From: Minisyncoccia bacterium
GTDB lineage: Bacteria; Patescibacteriota; Minisyncoccia; Phycocordibacterales; UBA918
NCBI GenBank assembly: GCA_046293175.1
Contig: JBKBPM010000001.1
Coordinates: 102,891-166,890, forward strand
Length of the DNA stretch: 64,000 nt
Direction of reading: 5' to 3'
Below the pieces are notes generated by a model. That model made no database searches, was not told the DNA's origin, and saw only the letters and a program-made list of their open reading frames with translations. Both the position numbers and the translations under genes were made by a program. Numbering within the stretch: position 1 is the stretch's first letter; each line of letters begins with the position of its first letter. Shown here piece after piece: positions 26,711 through 36,593 of this stretch.

Positions 26711-27397
26711 ATGCAATTTCACGTTATCACTATTTTCCCGGAGGTCTGCGCAGCATACACGAGTGCGAGTGTGCTTGGTCGCGCCCAGAAGGCAGAGAAG
26801 GGTAAGGGGGCAAAGGTAAAGGGGAAGCAGATTGATATCTCGTACTATAATCCACGGGACTTTGCGACCAATAAACACAAGAAGGTCGATGAGCGACCGT
26901 ATGGTGGCGGACCCGGTATGGTGATGTTGGCCGAACCAATCCTCAAAGCCTGGGAGAAAGCCGTGGGGAAGAAGACCGCTAGTTTGAAGAAGGGGAAGGT
27001 GAAGACGCTCATTATGTCGCCACGCGGGACCATGTTCACTAACGAACTGGCCAAACAGTGGGCAAGCAAGTACGACCACCTCGTCCTAATCTCTGGTCGC
27101 TACGAAGGGATTGATGCGCGGGTCAAAGAGATTCTTGAGGCCGAGGAAGTATCGGTTGGTGACTATGTCCTCACCGGTGGCGAACTACCCGCTCTCACCA
27201 TCATCGACTCAGTCTCACGACAGATTCCGGGTGTGCTCGGTACCTTTGAATCACTCGAAGATGAACGGTCAACCAGCGGTGTCACCTACACCCGTCCGGA
27301 GGTCCTCACCTACAAAAAGAAAAAGTACCCCGTGCCAGAGGTACTCCTCAACGGTAACCACGCTGAAATTGATAAGTGGCGTAGCGGTCTCAGCTAA
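26711..27397 (+). CDS. trmD: tRNA (guanine37-N1)-methyltransferase
   Basis: MQFHVITIFPE, the SPOUT knot region (ISGRYEGIDARV, LTGGELPAL) and SIGDYVLTGG-like motifs. Confidence 0.9.
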   Translation: MQFHVITIFPEVCAAYTSASVLGRAQKAEKGKGAKVKGKQIDISYYNPRDFATNKHKKVDERPYGGGPGMVMLAEPILKAWEKAVGKKTASLKKGKVKTLIMSPRGTMFTNELAKQWASKYDHLVLISGRYEGIDARVKEILEAEEVSVGDYVLTGGELPALTIIDSVSRQIPGVLGTFESLEDERSTSGVTYTRPEVLTYKKKKYPVPEVLLNGNHAEIDKWRSGLS

Positions 27398-27545
27398 ACC
27401 AAAACCAAGGACATCCGATGTCCTTGGTTTTGGTTTAGTATTCTCCCTAGGCAAGGCCTAGGGAGAATACTTCATTTAAATGAAGTATTCGATTTTATAA
27501 AAATGAAGAACCCCCGAATCGCTCCGGGGAGCCTTCGGGGGTTAT
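27397..27545. repeat. Cluster of four consecutive perfect hairpins/palindromes
   Basis: H1 27397-27436: aaaccaaaaccaaggacatc-cg-atgtccttggttttggttt. H2 27437-27467: REP-like ttctccctagg-caagg-cctagggagaa. H3 27463-27484: atacttcatttaaatgaagtat, the same family as the palindromes around 61500-62080. H4 27508-27540: acccccgaa-tcgctccggggagcc-ttcgggggt. Confidence 0.6.
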
Positions 27546-27913
27546 GCTGCGTCATGGAGGCGCCCGCTGTCATCGCAGGGCAGCCAGCCATTCGAAGAAA
27601 GGTATGCCGAGATTTGCTCAGCCAACACTTCGGGCTCGACAATCAGCTTGGTCGCCGCGAGGTCGATCTGCTTGAACCTGACGAAGGGGAACTTGTCGGA
27701 CAAGTCCTCCTCGACCATGTCCATTTCGAGAGCGAGACCGTGGCAGTCGACGTCGCAGGGCAGTCAACACAACGTAAGTATATGGCCCACCTTGGGCTCG
27801 CGAATGAAACTTCCGCGAGCGTTCACGGTGTACACCGTGTTGTCTTCGCTGGTGGGAATGGTGACGAAAAGCACGGATTCGTAGTTCATGTCATACTCCA
27901 TGCCTGGATTTAA
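27503..27913 (-). pseudogene. GC-rich segment carrying a disrupted minus-strand ORF; likely a degraded foreign gene
   Basis: Minus-strand pieces MEYDMNYESVLFVTIPTSEDNTVYTVNARGSFIREPKVGHI...stop (27901..27764) and MDMVEEDLSDKFPFVRF...SSNGWLPCDDSGRLHDAA (27724..27542) sit in different frames. Local GC about 57%. Confidence 0.3.
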
Positions 27914-27980
27914 CTCGTACTACTAAATCAAATTATTACCAAATTGTCATAGTATTATATAGCTTTCCAACATTAATAGC

Positions 27981-28009
27981 TTGCCAAAATCAGAGAAATC
28001 CGTATAATA
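27981..28009 (+). promoter_or_regulatory. Sigma70 promoter upstream of rpoB, with a 160-nt leader
   Basis: TTGCCA-17nt-TATAAT. The leader contains a small hairpin gcacg-gaca-cgtgc followed by TTTTT (28119-28141), a possible attenuator. Confidence 0.5.
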
Positions 28010-28172
28010 CCCCCACAAACGCAATCTCGGGTGAGTTCTGATTGAGAGATGTCGCGGAGGTAAATCACAGTCGTAATGACCATTTTACAAGTGCACCTCT
28101 AACATCCATATAAGTAGCACGGACACGTGCCGCTTTTTGTGTGTTTAAGATGCTAATAAGTTTAAAAACCTT

Positions 28173-31100
28173 ATGAAGTTAAAGTACGAAGACTACGCCT
28201 CAGTTGGTGCGATGGAGCAAAAGACCTTTGCCATCTCACCAGCGCCAATGATTGAAGTGCCGGACCTCATCGAACCACAACGCGATTCGTTTAAGTGGTT
28301 TGTCGAGACAGCGCTTAAGGAGATTTTTACCGAATTTTCTCCAATCACCGACTACTCAGAAAAGAAGTTTGAACTCCGCTTCAAGAAGTACGAGCTTGGT
28401 GAAGCCAAGTGTACTCCTGAGTATGCTAAGGAAAACAAGCTTACCTACGATGCACCGCTTCGTGCCCAGGTGATTTTGAAAAACAAGACTTTTGAATCTG
28501 AGAAGGATCAAGAGATGTTCCTCGCTGATATGCCGATCATGACCGAAAACGGTACCTTCATCATCAATGGTGTGGAGCGTGTTATCGTGCCACAACTCGC
28601 GCGTAGTTACGGTATTTTCTTTACTGCCAACGAAGTAAAGGGTCGCACCCTCTTTGGTGCGAAGATTATCCCAGCCCGTGGTGCTTGGGTAGAAATCGAA
28701 TCAGATGCTGACGGTGTGATTTACGTCAAAATCGATCGTAAGAAGAAGTTTCCAATCTCATCACTGCTCCGTGTCCTTGGTCTTGAGAAAGATAAGGAGA
28801 TTATTGACCTCATGAAGGGAGTAGAGCGTGGTGAAGAATACATGAAGGCAACTATAGCCAAGGATGGAGCGAAGACCACGGATGATTCGTTTATCGAAAT
28901 CTATAAGCGTCTGCGTGATGGTGATCTCGCGACAGTAGAAAACGCCCGTGAATTCGTTCGTTCACTTTTTGCGCCAGAACGATATGACCTTTCAGAAATT
29001 GGTCGTCACCACTTCAATGAGCGGTACGGTCTTCCAACTGATGCAAAGGCGACTGCGGTCCGCACCGTGTCTATCGAGGACATGAAGCTGATCTTGAAGA
29101 ACATCATTGAGATGAATCATGATCCTTTGGCGATGCCAGACGACATCGACCACCTCGGTTTCCGTCGAGTACGCTACTTTGGTGAAATGCTCCAACAGCG
29201 TGTCCGTGTTGGTATGACTCGCATGAAGCGAAACATTCAGGATCGTATGTCAACCATTGAAGCCGAAACCTCACTCCCAATGCAGATCTTGAATCCTCGT
29301 CCACTCCAGGCCGCTATTAAGGAGTTCTTCAGTACGAACCAACTCTCACAATTCTCTCAGCAGCAAAATAATCTCGCTGAAATCGAGCACCTCCGCACAC
29401 TTTCAGCGCTTGGCCCCGGTGGTCTTACCCGTGAACGAGCCGGTTTTGAAGTGCGTGACGTACACACCTCACACTATGGGCGACTTTGTCCAATTCATAC
29501 TCCAGAAGGTCCAAACATCGGTCTTATCTTGCGTCTTTCAATGTACGCCAAGGTTAACCGCTTTGGTATCATCGAAACCCCATACGTGAAGGTAGAAAAG
29601 GGTCGTGTCACTGGTGAAGTGGTATACATGAATGCGCACGAAGAAGAGAAGTACACCATTGCACATGCAGCTATCGAACTCGATAAAGATGGCAAGATTA
29701 AAGACAGGTTCGTTGACGCGCGAAAGCGCGGGGACGCACTCACAGTAAAGCGAGAGGATGTTGAGTATATGGACGTCGCAACCAACCAAGGTTTCTCAAT
29801 TGCAACCTCAATGATTCCATTCCTTAACCACGATGACGCCAACCGTACCCTCATGGGTTCTAACATGCAGAAGCAGGCCACTCCGTGTCTCATCACTGAG
29901 GCGCCGATTGTGGCGACCGGCGTAGAAGGTGTTGCTGCTCGTGACAGTGGACGGGTGGTGTACGCTCTGGAAGCTGGTGAAGTTGTTGAATGTGATGCCA
30001 ATCACATCGTGGTGAAGAACAAAGAAGGAAAGAAGAAGGAGTACCCACTGACGACCCTCCAGCGCACTAACGACTTCTCTGCTTTTTACCACCGTCCAGC
30101 GGTAACGCTTGGTGATAAGGTAAAGCGTGGCGATCTCCTTGCTGATACGACTTCAACTGATCAGGGACAGCTTGCTGTAGGGCAAAACGCTCTTGTGGCC
30201 TTTATGTCATGGAATGGTGCAAACTACGAAGACGCGATTGTTATCTCTGAACGTCTCGTGAAAAATAGTAAGTTTGCGAGCATTCACCTCGATGAGCTCG
30301 AAGTATCGGTTCGTGATACGAAGCTTGGACCAGAGGTTACTACCCCAGACATTCCAAACGTCAGTGAGTTAAAACTCCGCAACCTCGATGAAAACGGTAT
30401 CATTCGCATCGGTGCTGAAGTCCGTCCGGGCGACATTCTTGTTGGTAAGGTAACGCCAAAGGGTGAAACCCAGCTCACGCCAGAGGAACGACTACTGCGC
30501 AGTATCTTTGGTGAAAAGGCCAAGGATGTGAAAGATACCTCACTTCGTCTTGAGGCGGGCAAGCGTGGACGTGTAATCGGCGTCAAAGTATTCTCACGTG
30601 AGAATGGTGATCAGCTCGAAAGTGGTGTGATCAAGCGAATCCACGTGACTGTTGCTCAGATACGTAATGTATCAGTGGGAGACAAGCTCGCTGGACGTCA
30701 CGGTAACAAGGGCGTTATTTCTCGCATCTTGCCAGAAGAAGATATGCCGTACACCGAAGATGGTCGTCCAATTGATATTCTCCTTACACCACTTGGTGTG
30801 CCATCACGTATGAACCTCGGTCAGATTCTTGAGCTTCACCTTGGTATGGCCGCTGGTACCCTCGGCTATCAAGCCGTTGTGCCTCCATTTGCCGGAGCAA
30901 ATGAAAACCATGTGAAAGCAGAGCTCAAGGCTGCCGGATTCCCTGAAGATGGTAAGATCCAGCTCCGTGATGGGCGTACGGGTGAACGGTTCGCCCAGAA
31001 GACTGCGGTTGGTATCATGTATATCCTCAAGCTTCACCACATGGTGGAAGACAAAATCCACATGCGTTCGATTGGTCCGTACTCACTTATTACCCAGCAG

Positions 31101-31412
31101 CCGCTTGGTGGTAAGGCGCAGATTGGTGGTCAGCGCTTTGGAGAAATGGAAGTGTGGGCACTCCTTGGCTATGGTGCTGCTCACACCCTGCGCGAAATGC
31201 TTACTATCAAGTCTGACGACATTGTCGGTCGTTCGGCCGCCTTTGACGCGATTGTTCGTGGTGAAAAGATTCCGCATCCACATACACCAGCCGCGTTTAA
31301 CGTGCTCGTGAATCAGCTCCGTGGTCTCTCACTCGATGTAAAGCTCGAGAAGGAAGAAGGAGAAGCGCGACCACGCCGCAGTCGAGACGAGTCAATTTAT
31401 GAGACCAATTAA
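28173..31412 (+). CDS. rpoB: DNA-directed RNA polymerase subunit beta
   Basis: 1079 aa with canonical beta-subunit motifs (GRHGNKGV, NMQRQA-like, rifampicin cluster regions). Confidence 0.97.
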   Translation: MKLKYEDYASVGAMEQKTFAISPAPMIEVPDLIEPQRDSFKWFVETALKEIFTEFSPITDYSEKKFELRFKKYELGEAKCTPEYAKENKLTYDAPLRAQVILKNKTFESEKDQEMFLADMPIMTENGTFIINGVERVIVPQLARSYGIFFTANEVKGRTLFGAKIIPARGAWVEIESDADGVIYVKIDRKKKFPISSLLRVLGLEKDKEIIDLMKGVERGEEYMKATIAKDGAKTTDDSFIEIYKRLRDGDLATVENAREFVRSLFAPERYDLSEIGRHHFNERYGLPTDAKATAVRTVSIEDMKLILKNIIEMNHDPLAMPDDIDHLGFRRVRYFGEMLQQRVRVGMTRMKRNIQDRMSTIEAETSLPMQILNPRPLQAAIKEFFSTNQLSQFSQQQNNLAEIEHLRTLSALGPGGLTRERAGFEVRDVHTSHYGRLCPIHTPEGPNIGLILRLSMYAKVNRFGIIETPYVKVEKGRVTGEVVYMNAHEEEKYTIAHAAIELDKDGKIKDRFVDARKRGDALTVKREDVEYMDVATNQGFSIATSMIPFLNHDDANRTLMGSNMQKQATPCLITEAPIVATGVEGVAARDSGRVVYALEAGEVVECDANHIVVKNKEGKKKEYPLTTLQRTNDFSAFYHRPAVTLGDKVKRGDLLADTTSTDQGQLAVGQNALVAFMSWNGANYEDAIVISERLVKNSKFASIHLDELEVSVRDTKLGPEVTTPDIPNVSELKLRNLDENGIIRIGAEVRPGDILVGKVTPKGETQLTPEERLLRSIFGEKAKDVKDTSLRLEAGKRGRVIGVKVFSRENGDQLESGVIKRIHVTVAQIRNVSVGDKLAGRHGNKGVISRILPEEDMPYTEDGRPIDILLTPLGVPSRMNLGQILELHLGMAAGTLGYQAVVPPFAGANENHVKAELKAAGFPEDGKIQLRDGRTGERFAQKTAVGIMYILKLHHMVEDKIHMRSIGPYSLITQQPLGGKAQIGGQRFGEMEVWALLGYGAAHTLREMLTIKSDDIVGRSAAFDAIVRGEKIPHPHTPAAFNVLVNQLRGLSLDVKLEKEEGEARPRRSRDESIYETN

Positions 31413-31427
31413 TCTTTTGTTCTGAAT

Positions 31428-34400
31428 ATGTCTACATTTTCACCAAAGAAGCCGGCCCTCACGCCAAACCAGTTCACAGAGATTGGTCTCAAGCTCGCCT
31501 CACCAGAAACCATTCTTGAATGGTCATACGGCGAGGTGACTAAACCAGAAACCATCAACTACCGCACCCAGCGTCCAGAAAAGCATGGTCTGTTCGACGA
31601 GCGTATCTTTGGACCGGTAGAAGACTACGAATGTAGTTGTAAGAAGTACCGCGGTATTCGCTATAAGGGAATTGTTTGTGAGAAGTGTGGCGTTGAAATC
31701 ACTCGCGCTATCGTGCGGCGTGAACGGATGGGTCACATCGAACTCTGTGTACCAGTGTCACACATCTGGTTTCTCCGTGGTGTGCCAAGTCGTATTGCAC
31801 TCCTGACTGGTATCACTGCGTCTGCTATCGAGAAGGTAGTGTACTTTGCCGGGTATATTGTAACCAAAGTACGTGAGGATGAACGCTCACGTCTCCTTAA
31901 GGAACTTGATACTGAGTTTAAGGTTAAGTACAAGGAACTTCAGAACGAAGATGCTCGTGAGGCACTCAAGGCTCGCATGGAAGATATGAAACGCGAGATT
32001 GAAGGTGTCGCGGTTGGAACAGTACTTGATGAAACAACCTTCCACAAGTTCTCAATAAAGTACTCGACACTTTTTGAGGCGAAGATTGGTGCTGAATCAA
32101 TTTACGAACTCTTTAAGAACCTCGACCTTAATAAACTCCAGGCACAGCTCGAAGGTGAGCGCGAAAAGGCAGGTGCCATGGAGCGAGCGAAGCTCGATAA
32201 GCGTCTCTCACTCGTGAAGGGGATGATCCATGCCGGCGTGAAGCCTGAGTGGATGTTCCTCACTCGTATTCCAGTGATTCCGCCAGCGATTCGTCCAATG
32301 GTAGCACTCGAAGGTGGTCGTCATGCCTCTTCTGACCTCAACGACCTCTACCGTCGCGTGATCAACCGAAACAATCGTTTAAAGAAGCTTATTGATATTA
32401 TGGCACCAGACGTTATCTTGCGTAACGAAAAGCGTATTCTCCAGGAAGCGGTGGATGCTCTTATCGATAACTCGATTCGTCACGGCAATGCTGCCTACTC
32501 AGCGCTTGGTCAGGCGCAGCGTCGTCCACTGAAGTCTCTCTCAGACTACCTCAAGAGTAAGCAAGGATATTTCCGCCAGAACCTCCTTGGTAAGCGTGTC
32601 GACTACTCAGGACGTTCAGTGATTGTGATTGGTCCAGACCTCGCGCTTGACCAGTGTGGTCTGCCGAAGCACATGGCCCTTGAACTCTTCCGTCCATTTG
32701 TGATTGCTGAGCTCCTCAAGCAGGAACTCGCGTACAACATCCGTGGTGCAGGTCGTCTTATCGAAGACGGAGTGCCAGAGGTATGGGCAATTCTTGAAAA
32801 TATCATCAAGAACAAGCATGTACTTCTTAACCGTGCACCGACGCTCCACCGTCAAGGTATTCAGGCGTTTCGTCCGGTCCTTATTGAAGGTAACGCTATC
32901 CAGGTACACCCACTCGTTTGTCGTGCGTTTAACGCTGACTTTGACGGTGACCAGATGGCGGTACACGTACCACTTGGTGAAGAAGCCCAGATGGAAGCCC
33001 AAGAGATTATTTCTGCGAACAAGAATATTCTCAAGCCTGGTTCAAGTGAGCCGGTAGTTTCAGAAAAACTTCTCGATCTCGCGCTTGGTGCCTACTGGAT
33101 GACTAAAGAAGTCCCAGGAGCACTTGGTGAGGGTAAGTTCTTCTCGTCACCAAACGATGCGATCAACGCGTTTGACTACGGCATTATCGATTTCCGCGCC
33201 AAGGTGAAAGTCCTTGCTACGTCAACCGAGAAGTATCAGCAGTTTGAAGGGAAGGTGTTTGAGACTACCGTTGGTCGTCTTCTCTTCAACTCAGTACTGC
33301 CAAGTGATCACGCCTTCGTGAACACTCAGGTGACGCAGAAGATGCTCTTTAAGGTCATTATCGACATCATCGACGAGCGTGGACCAGAAGCGGTGCCAGC
33401 CATTGTCGACAAACTCAAGAAGCTTGGTTTCAAGTATGCAACGGTGTCAGGTACAACTTGGGGCATTGATGAAGTTAAAGTGCCGGAAGGCAAGGCAAAA
33501 ATCATCGAAGAATCTCGTGCCGAAGAACAGAAGGTATTTGCCTTCTATAACGAAGGACTTATCTCGCGTGACGAACGTCGTCGGATGATTGTTGAAATTT
33601 GGCACCGTGCCAAGACTCGTCTTGAAAAGCTCCTTCCTGAAACGCTTGACCACAACGGTTCAGCTTTCGAAATGTGGGACTCTGGTGCTCGAGGTTCACT
33701 TGGACAAATTGCACAGATGGCGGGTATGAAGGGTCTTATCGTGAACACCCGAGGTGAAACTCTCGAGTTCCCAATCCTTTCTTCTATGAAGGAAGGTATG
33801 ACGCCACTGGAGTACTTCAACACGACCCACGGTTCACGTAAGGGTCTTGCCGACACCGCCTTGCAGACTGCGAAGGCTGGCTACCTCACCCGTCGTCTCT
33901 TCGTAGTTGCTCAGGATGCGATTGTGACCGAAGAAGACTGTAAGACGAAGGAAGGAACTCGTATCAGCCGCATTAGTGCTTCAGGTATCGAGATTGCTTT
34001 CAGTAAAGCGATTAAAGGTCGTATTCTCGCCGAGGATGCAGTTGATAGCAAGGGTGCGGTGATTTTCCCGAAGGGACACTTACTCTCACGTCTGGATGCG
34101 ATTGCGGTTGAAGAATCAACTTGTAGCGAAGTGATCGTACGTTCACCAATGACCTGTAAGACACTGCGTGGTGTCTGTCAGAAGTGTTACGGTATTGACC
34201 TTACCACGAACAAGCTTGTTGATATCGGAGAGGCGGTTGGTACCGTGGCAGCCCAAGCGATTGGTGAACCAGGTACCCAGCTCACGATGAACACAAAACA
34301 CGCAGGTGGAGCGGCGTCAGCGGGAGGAGACGTGACCTCAGGTCTTCCACGTGTAGAAGAAGTCTTTGAAAAGCGGGCACCAAAGATTCCGGCCGTGGTC

Positions 34401-35090
34401 TCAAAGTGTGAGGGTGTCGTCGTGGACATTCGTCGCGATGGTCGCGAATCAGTGATTGTGGTTGCTCCAGATATGGGCGCCAAAGGTGCACCAAAGAAGA
34501 AGGAAAACATCGAATATGTAGTGCCATACCGGCGTGTGGTAACGGTTAGTAAGGGTGAGACGGTCCGGGCTGGTCAGATTATGACCGACGGTTCGGCACT
34601 CCTCCCTGAACTCTTCAAGTTTGGCGGTCAAGAAGTGGCTCAGGAATACATCATTTCTGAAGTAAACAAAATCTACGAGCTCCAGGGTGTGACGATTGCG
34701 CGCAAGCACATCGAACTCATCGTGAAGCAGATGATGTCACGCGTGAAGGTGACTGCTCCAGGTGATAGTCACTTCACGGTTGGGGACGTGGTTGAAGAAT
34801 GGATCTTCATTGATACAAACAACAAGCTCAAGGAAGAAGGGAAGGAGAGTGCTAAGGCCGAACGCCTTATCCTCGGTATCACCGAGACCTCGCTCTCTCG
34901 TAAGAGCTTCCTTTCCGCGGCCTCATTCCAGAATACCACTCGCGTACTTATCAACGCTGCCGTAAAGGGTAGTAGCGATAACCTCGCTGGTCTCATGGAA
35001 AACGTGATCATTGGTAAGTTGATTCCAGCGGGATCAGGATTTAAGGGGTCACGCAAGCACACAATGATCGAATCACTCAAGCAGGAGTAG
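31428..35090 (+). CDS. rpoC: DNA-directed RNA polymerase subunit beta'
   Basis: 1220 aa. Zinc-binding CxxC..CxxC, NADFDGD catalytic motif, trigger loop and bridge helix regions. Confidence 0.97.
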   Translation: MSTFSPKKPALTPNQFTEIGLKLASPETILEWSYGEVTKPETINYRTQRPEKHGLFDERIFGPVEDYECSCKKYRGIRYKGIVCEKCGVEITRAIVRRERMGHIELCVPVSHIWFLRGVPSRIALLTGITASAIEKVVYFAGYIVTKVREDERSRLLKELDTEFKVKYKELQNEDAREALKARMEDMKREIEGVAVGTVLDETTFHKFSIKYSTLFEAKIGAESIYELFKNLDLNKLQAQLEGEREKAGAMERAKLDKRLSLVKGMIHAGVKPEWMFLTRIPVIPPAIRPMVALEGGRHASSDLNDLYRRVINRNNRLKKLIDIMAPDVILRNEKRILQEAVDALIDNSIRHGNAAYSALGQAQRRPLKSLSDYLKSKQGYFRQNLLGKRVDYSGRSVIVIGPDLALDQCGLPKHMALELFRPFVIAELLKQELAYNIRGAGRLIEDGVPEVWAILENIIKNKHVLLNRAPTLHRQGIQAFRPVLIEGNAIQVHPLVCRAFNADFDGDQMAVHVPLGEEAQMEAQEIISANKNILKPGSSEPVVSEKLLDLALGAYWMTKEVPGALGEGKFFSSPNDAINAFDYGIIDFRAKVKVLATSTEKYQQFEGKVFETTVGRLLFNSVLPSDHAFVNTQVTQKMLFKVIIDIIDERGPEAVPAIVDKLKKLGFKYATVSGTTWGIDEVKVPEGKAKIIEESRAEEQKVFAFYNEGLISRDERRRMIVEIWHRAKTRLEKLLPETLDHNGSAFEMWDSGARGSLGQIAQMAGMKGLIVNTRGETLEFPILSSMKEGMTPLEYFNTTHGSRKGLADTALQTAKAGYLTRRLFVVAQDAIVTEEDCKTKEGTRISRISASGIEIAFSKAIKGRILAEDAVDSKGAVIFPKGHLLSRLDAIAVEESTCSEVIVRSPMTCKTLRGVCQKCYGIDLTTNKLVDIGEAVGTVAAQAIGEPGTQLTMNTKHAGGAASAGGDVTSGLPRVEEVFEKRAPKIPAVVSKCEGVVVDIRRDGRESVIVVAPDMGAKGAPKKKENIEYVVPYRRVVTVSKGETVRAGQIMTDGSALLPELFKFGGQEVAQEYIISEVNKIYELQGVTIARKHIELIVKQMMSRVKVTAPGDSHFTVGDVVEEWIFIDTNNKLKEEGKESAKAERLILGITETSLSRKSFLSAASFQNTTRVLINAAVKGSSDNLAGLMENVIIGKLIPAGSGFKGSRKHTMIESLKQE

Positions 35091-35238
35091 TCGGCTTCCA
35101 AAACGCACGCATCTGCTTTGTTGGTCGGCAAAAATATTGTTCAATGTGCAATCAGCACACCTCACAATATTTTCCACCGCCCGCCTCGCATCTCCATACG
35201 TTTTGAAACCCTCCGGTAGAGGTAACTGATACAACAAA

Positions 35239-35272
35239 AGCCGGCCCCTTCGGGGCCGGCTTTTGTTGTATT
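35239..35272 (+). terminator. Rho-independent terminator after rpoC
   Basis: aaaagccggccccttcggggccggcttttgttg. Confidence 0.8.
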
Positions 35273-35319
35273 AAAAAAGTAGACCCCCGACCCAGTATTG
35301 CCGGGTCGGGGGGTCGCAG

Positions 35320-35427
35320 TCAGAACTTGCGTCCTGCCTGCTCTTCGTCGGTGATGGGTTGGTTTACGTCCCGCCACATCTTGAGTTCGCGGCGGTACCA
35401 CGAAAGCAGTGCTTGCAGAAATTTCAT
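35320..35427 (-). CDS. Small ORF (35 aa), hypothetical
   Basis: MKFLQALLSWYRRELKMWRDVNQPITDEEQAGRKF. RBS ggaggcg upstream. Its own GC-rich terminator hairpin lies at 35282-35316 (gacccccgacc...ggtcgggggg). Not in the ORF track because it is under 60 aa. Confidence 0.3.
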   Translation of the reverse strand: MKFLQALLSWYRRELKMWRDVNQPITDEEQAGRKF

Positions 35428-35602
35428 TTCGCCTCCATTGCTGCGATAATTATACACATAATAGCGGTTATGTCAATACTACGCGGATGGTTGGATTCAG
35501 GTTCTGGTCGTTGATAGTAAGGCACATGGTAGGGAAGTGGAAAACATAGAACGACCCCCGTGCGCGAAGCGGCGGGGGGTCGTGGGGTGAGGCTTTTCGA
35601 CC

Positions 35603-35776
35603 TCATTCTTGGGGCTTGTTGATGCCCATATGTTCCGCGATAGCCTCGATTTTTTCCGCCATGGTCTTCACATATTTCAGGGTCTCGTAGGCGACCGGGA
35701 TGAAGACGATAATGAAGATAATCAAGGCTGATTTCACAAGGTTACCAAAACCCTGATTTGAACGATGCGACGACAT
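35603..35776 (-). CDS. Small membrane protein (57 aa), hypothetical
   Basis: MSSHRSNQGFGNLVKSALIIFIIVFIPVAYETLKYVKTMAEKIEAIAEHMGINKPQE. RBS gggag. Downstream hairpin cgacccccg...cggggggtcg at 35540-35575. Confidence 0.35.
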   Translation of the reverse strand: MSSHRSNQGFGNLVKSALIIFIIVFIPVAYETLKYVKTMAEKIEAIAEHMGINKPQE

Positions 35777-35899
35777 GCAGTGTGCTCCCGTACTGATTTA
35801 TTATATAATATCACAAAAATATGTATAAGTCAATATATCTATAAAAAAGTGATTTTGGCAATGAAAAACCCCGCCATTTTCAGGTGGGGTAAGGTTCTC

Positions 35900-36560
35900 G
35901 GGCGACGGGGCAGGTATTAGCCGTTTTTGGCCAAGATGGGGCGCCGAATCACGTTGGCCTGCATCCAGCAACCCGCCACGAGTTCTGGAGCCGATAGTTC
36001 CCCCGGATGGAGAGTCAAATCATAGTTGCCCCCGGGCGTCATTAGCGTCAGGGCGATTGATGCTGTTTTTGCCCACTGCGTCACACGGTACCGAAGTCGA
36101 TCTCCTGGCCAGTACCGTCGGAGATCTTTATCGACGTGCCGGCCCTGTAACAGGACAGGCCGGTGGCATTGAAGACTTCCAGGAGCGATGTCGAGTACTC
36201 GAAACGACGGTTGAGTTTCTGCTGGCAGGCCTGATTAATTCTTCGGCCGACTGGCCTTTCTGCTCGCTTGAACGAGCGAACTCGCCAATCACCCCATTTC
36301 GTTTCTGATCCGGATGCCCCCTTCATTGGTGTCCGCCGCCGTCAACCGTCCCGGCCCAGCGATCGCATGATCCGGGGAATGCCAAAAGTAGAGCATCCCT
36401 CCGGTTGCAGTGCAATCGAAGCTGAGCTTCTCTTTCGGCGTTTCGGCGATTGCCGCGTTGGGAAGAGGGTAGAGAGAAGAATAAGTAGGTACCGCATCGG
36501 TAGTCCATTCTGGACAAGTTGGCTACCGTGGACTATATATTACAAACGTCAATGAGTCAA
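35900..36560. pseudogene. GC-rich (about 58%) segment with only fragmented ORFs; probable decayed foreign gene
   Basis: The longest clean reading is a minus-strand frame of about 105 aa ending at 35919 (...HRPVLLQGRHVDKDLRRYWPGDRLRYRVTQWAKTASIALTLMTPGGNYDLTLHPGELSAPELVAGCWMQANVIRRPILAKNG*). It has no start codon. The other frames are broken. Confidence 0.3.
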
Positions 36561-36593
36561 TAGCTCACCAAAAAGTGTTGAATCGGGTATACT

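Noticed and set aside
28252-35131. Many short ORFs on both strands inside rpoB/rpoC
   Set aside because: Overlap the long, strongly supported RNA polymerase genes; spurious.
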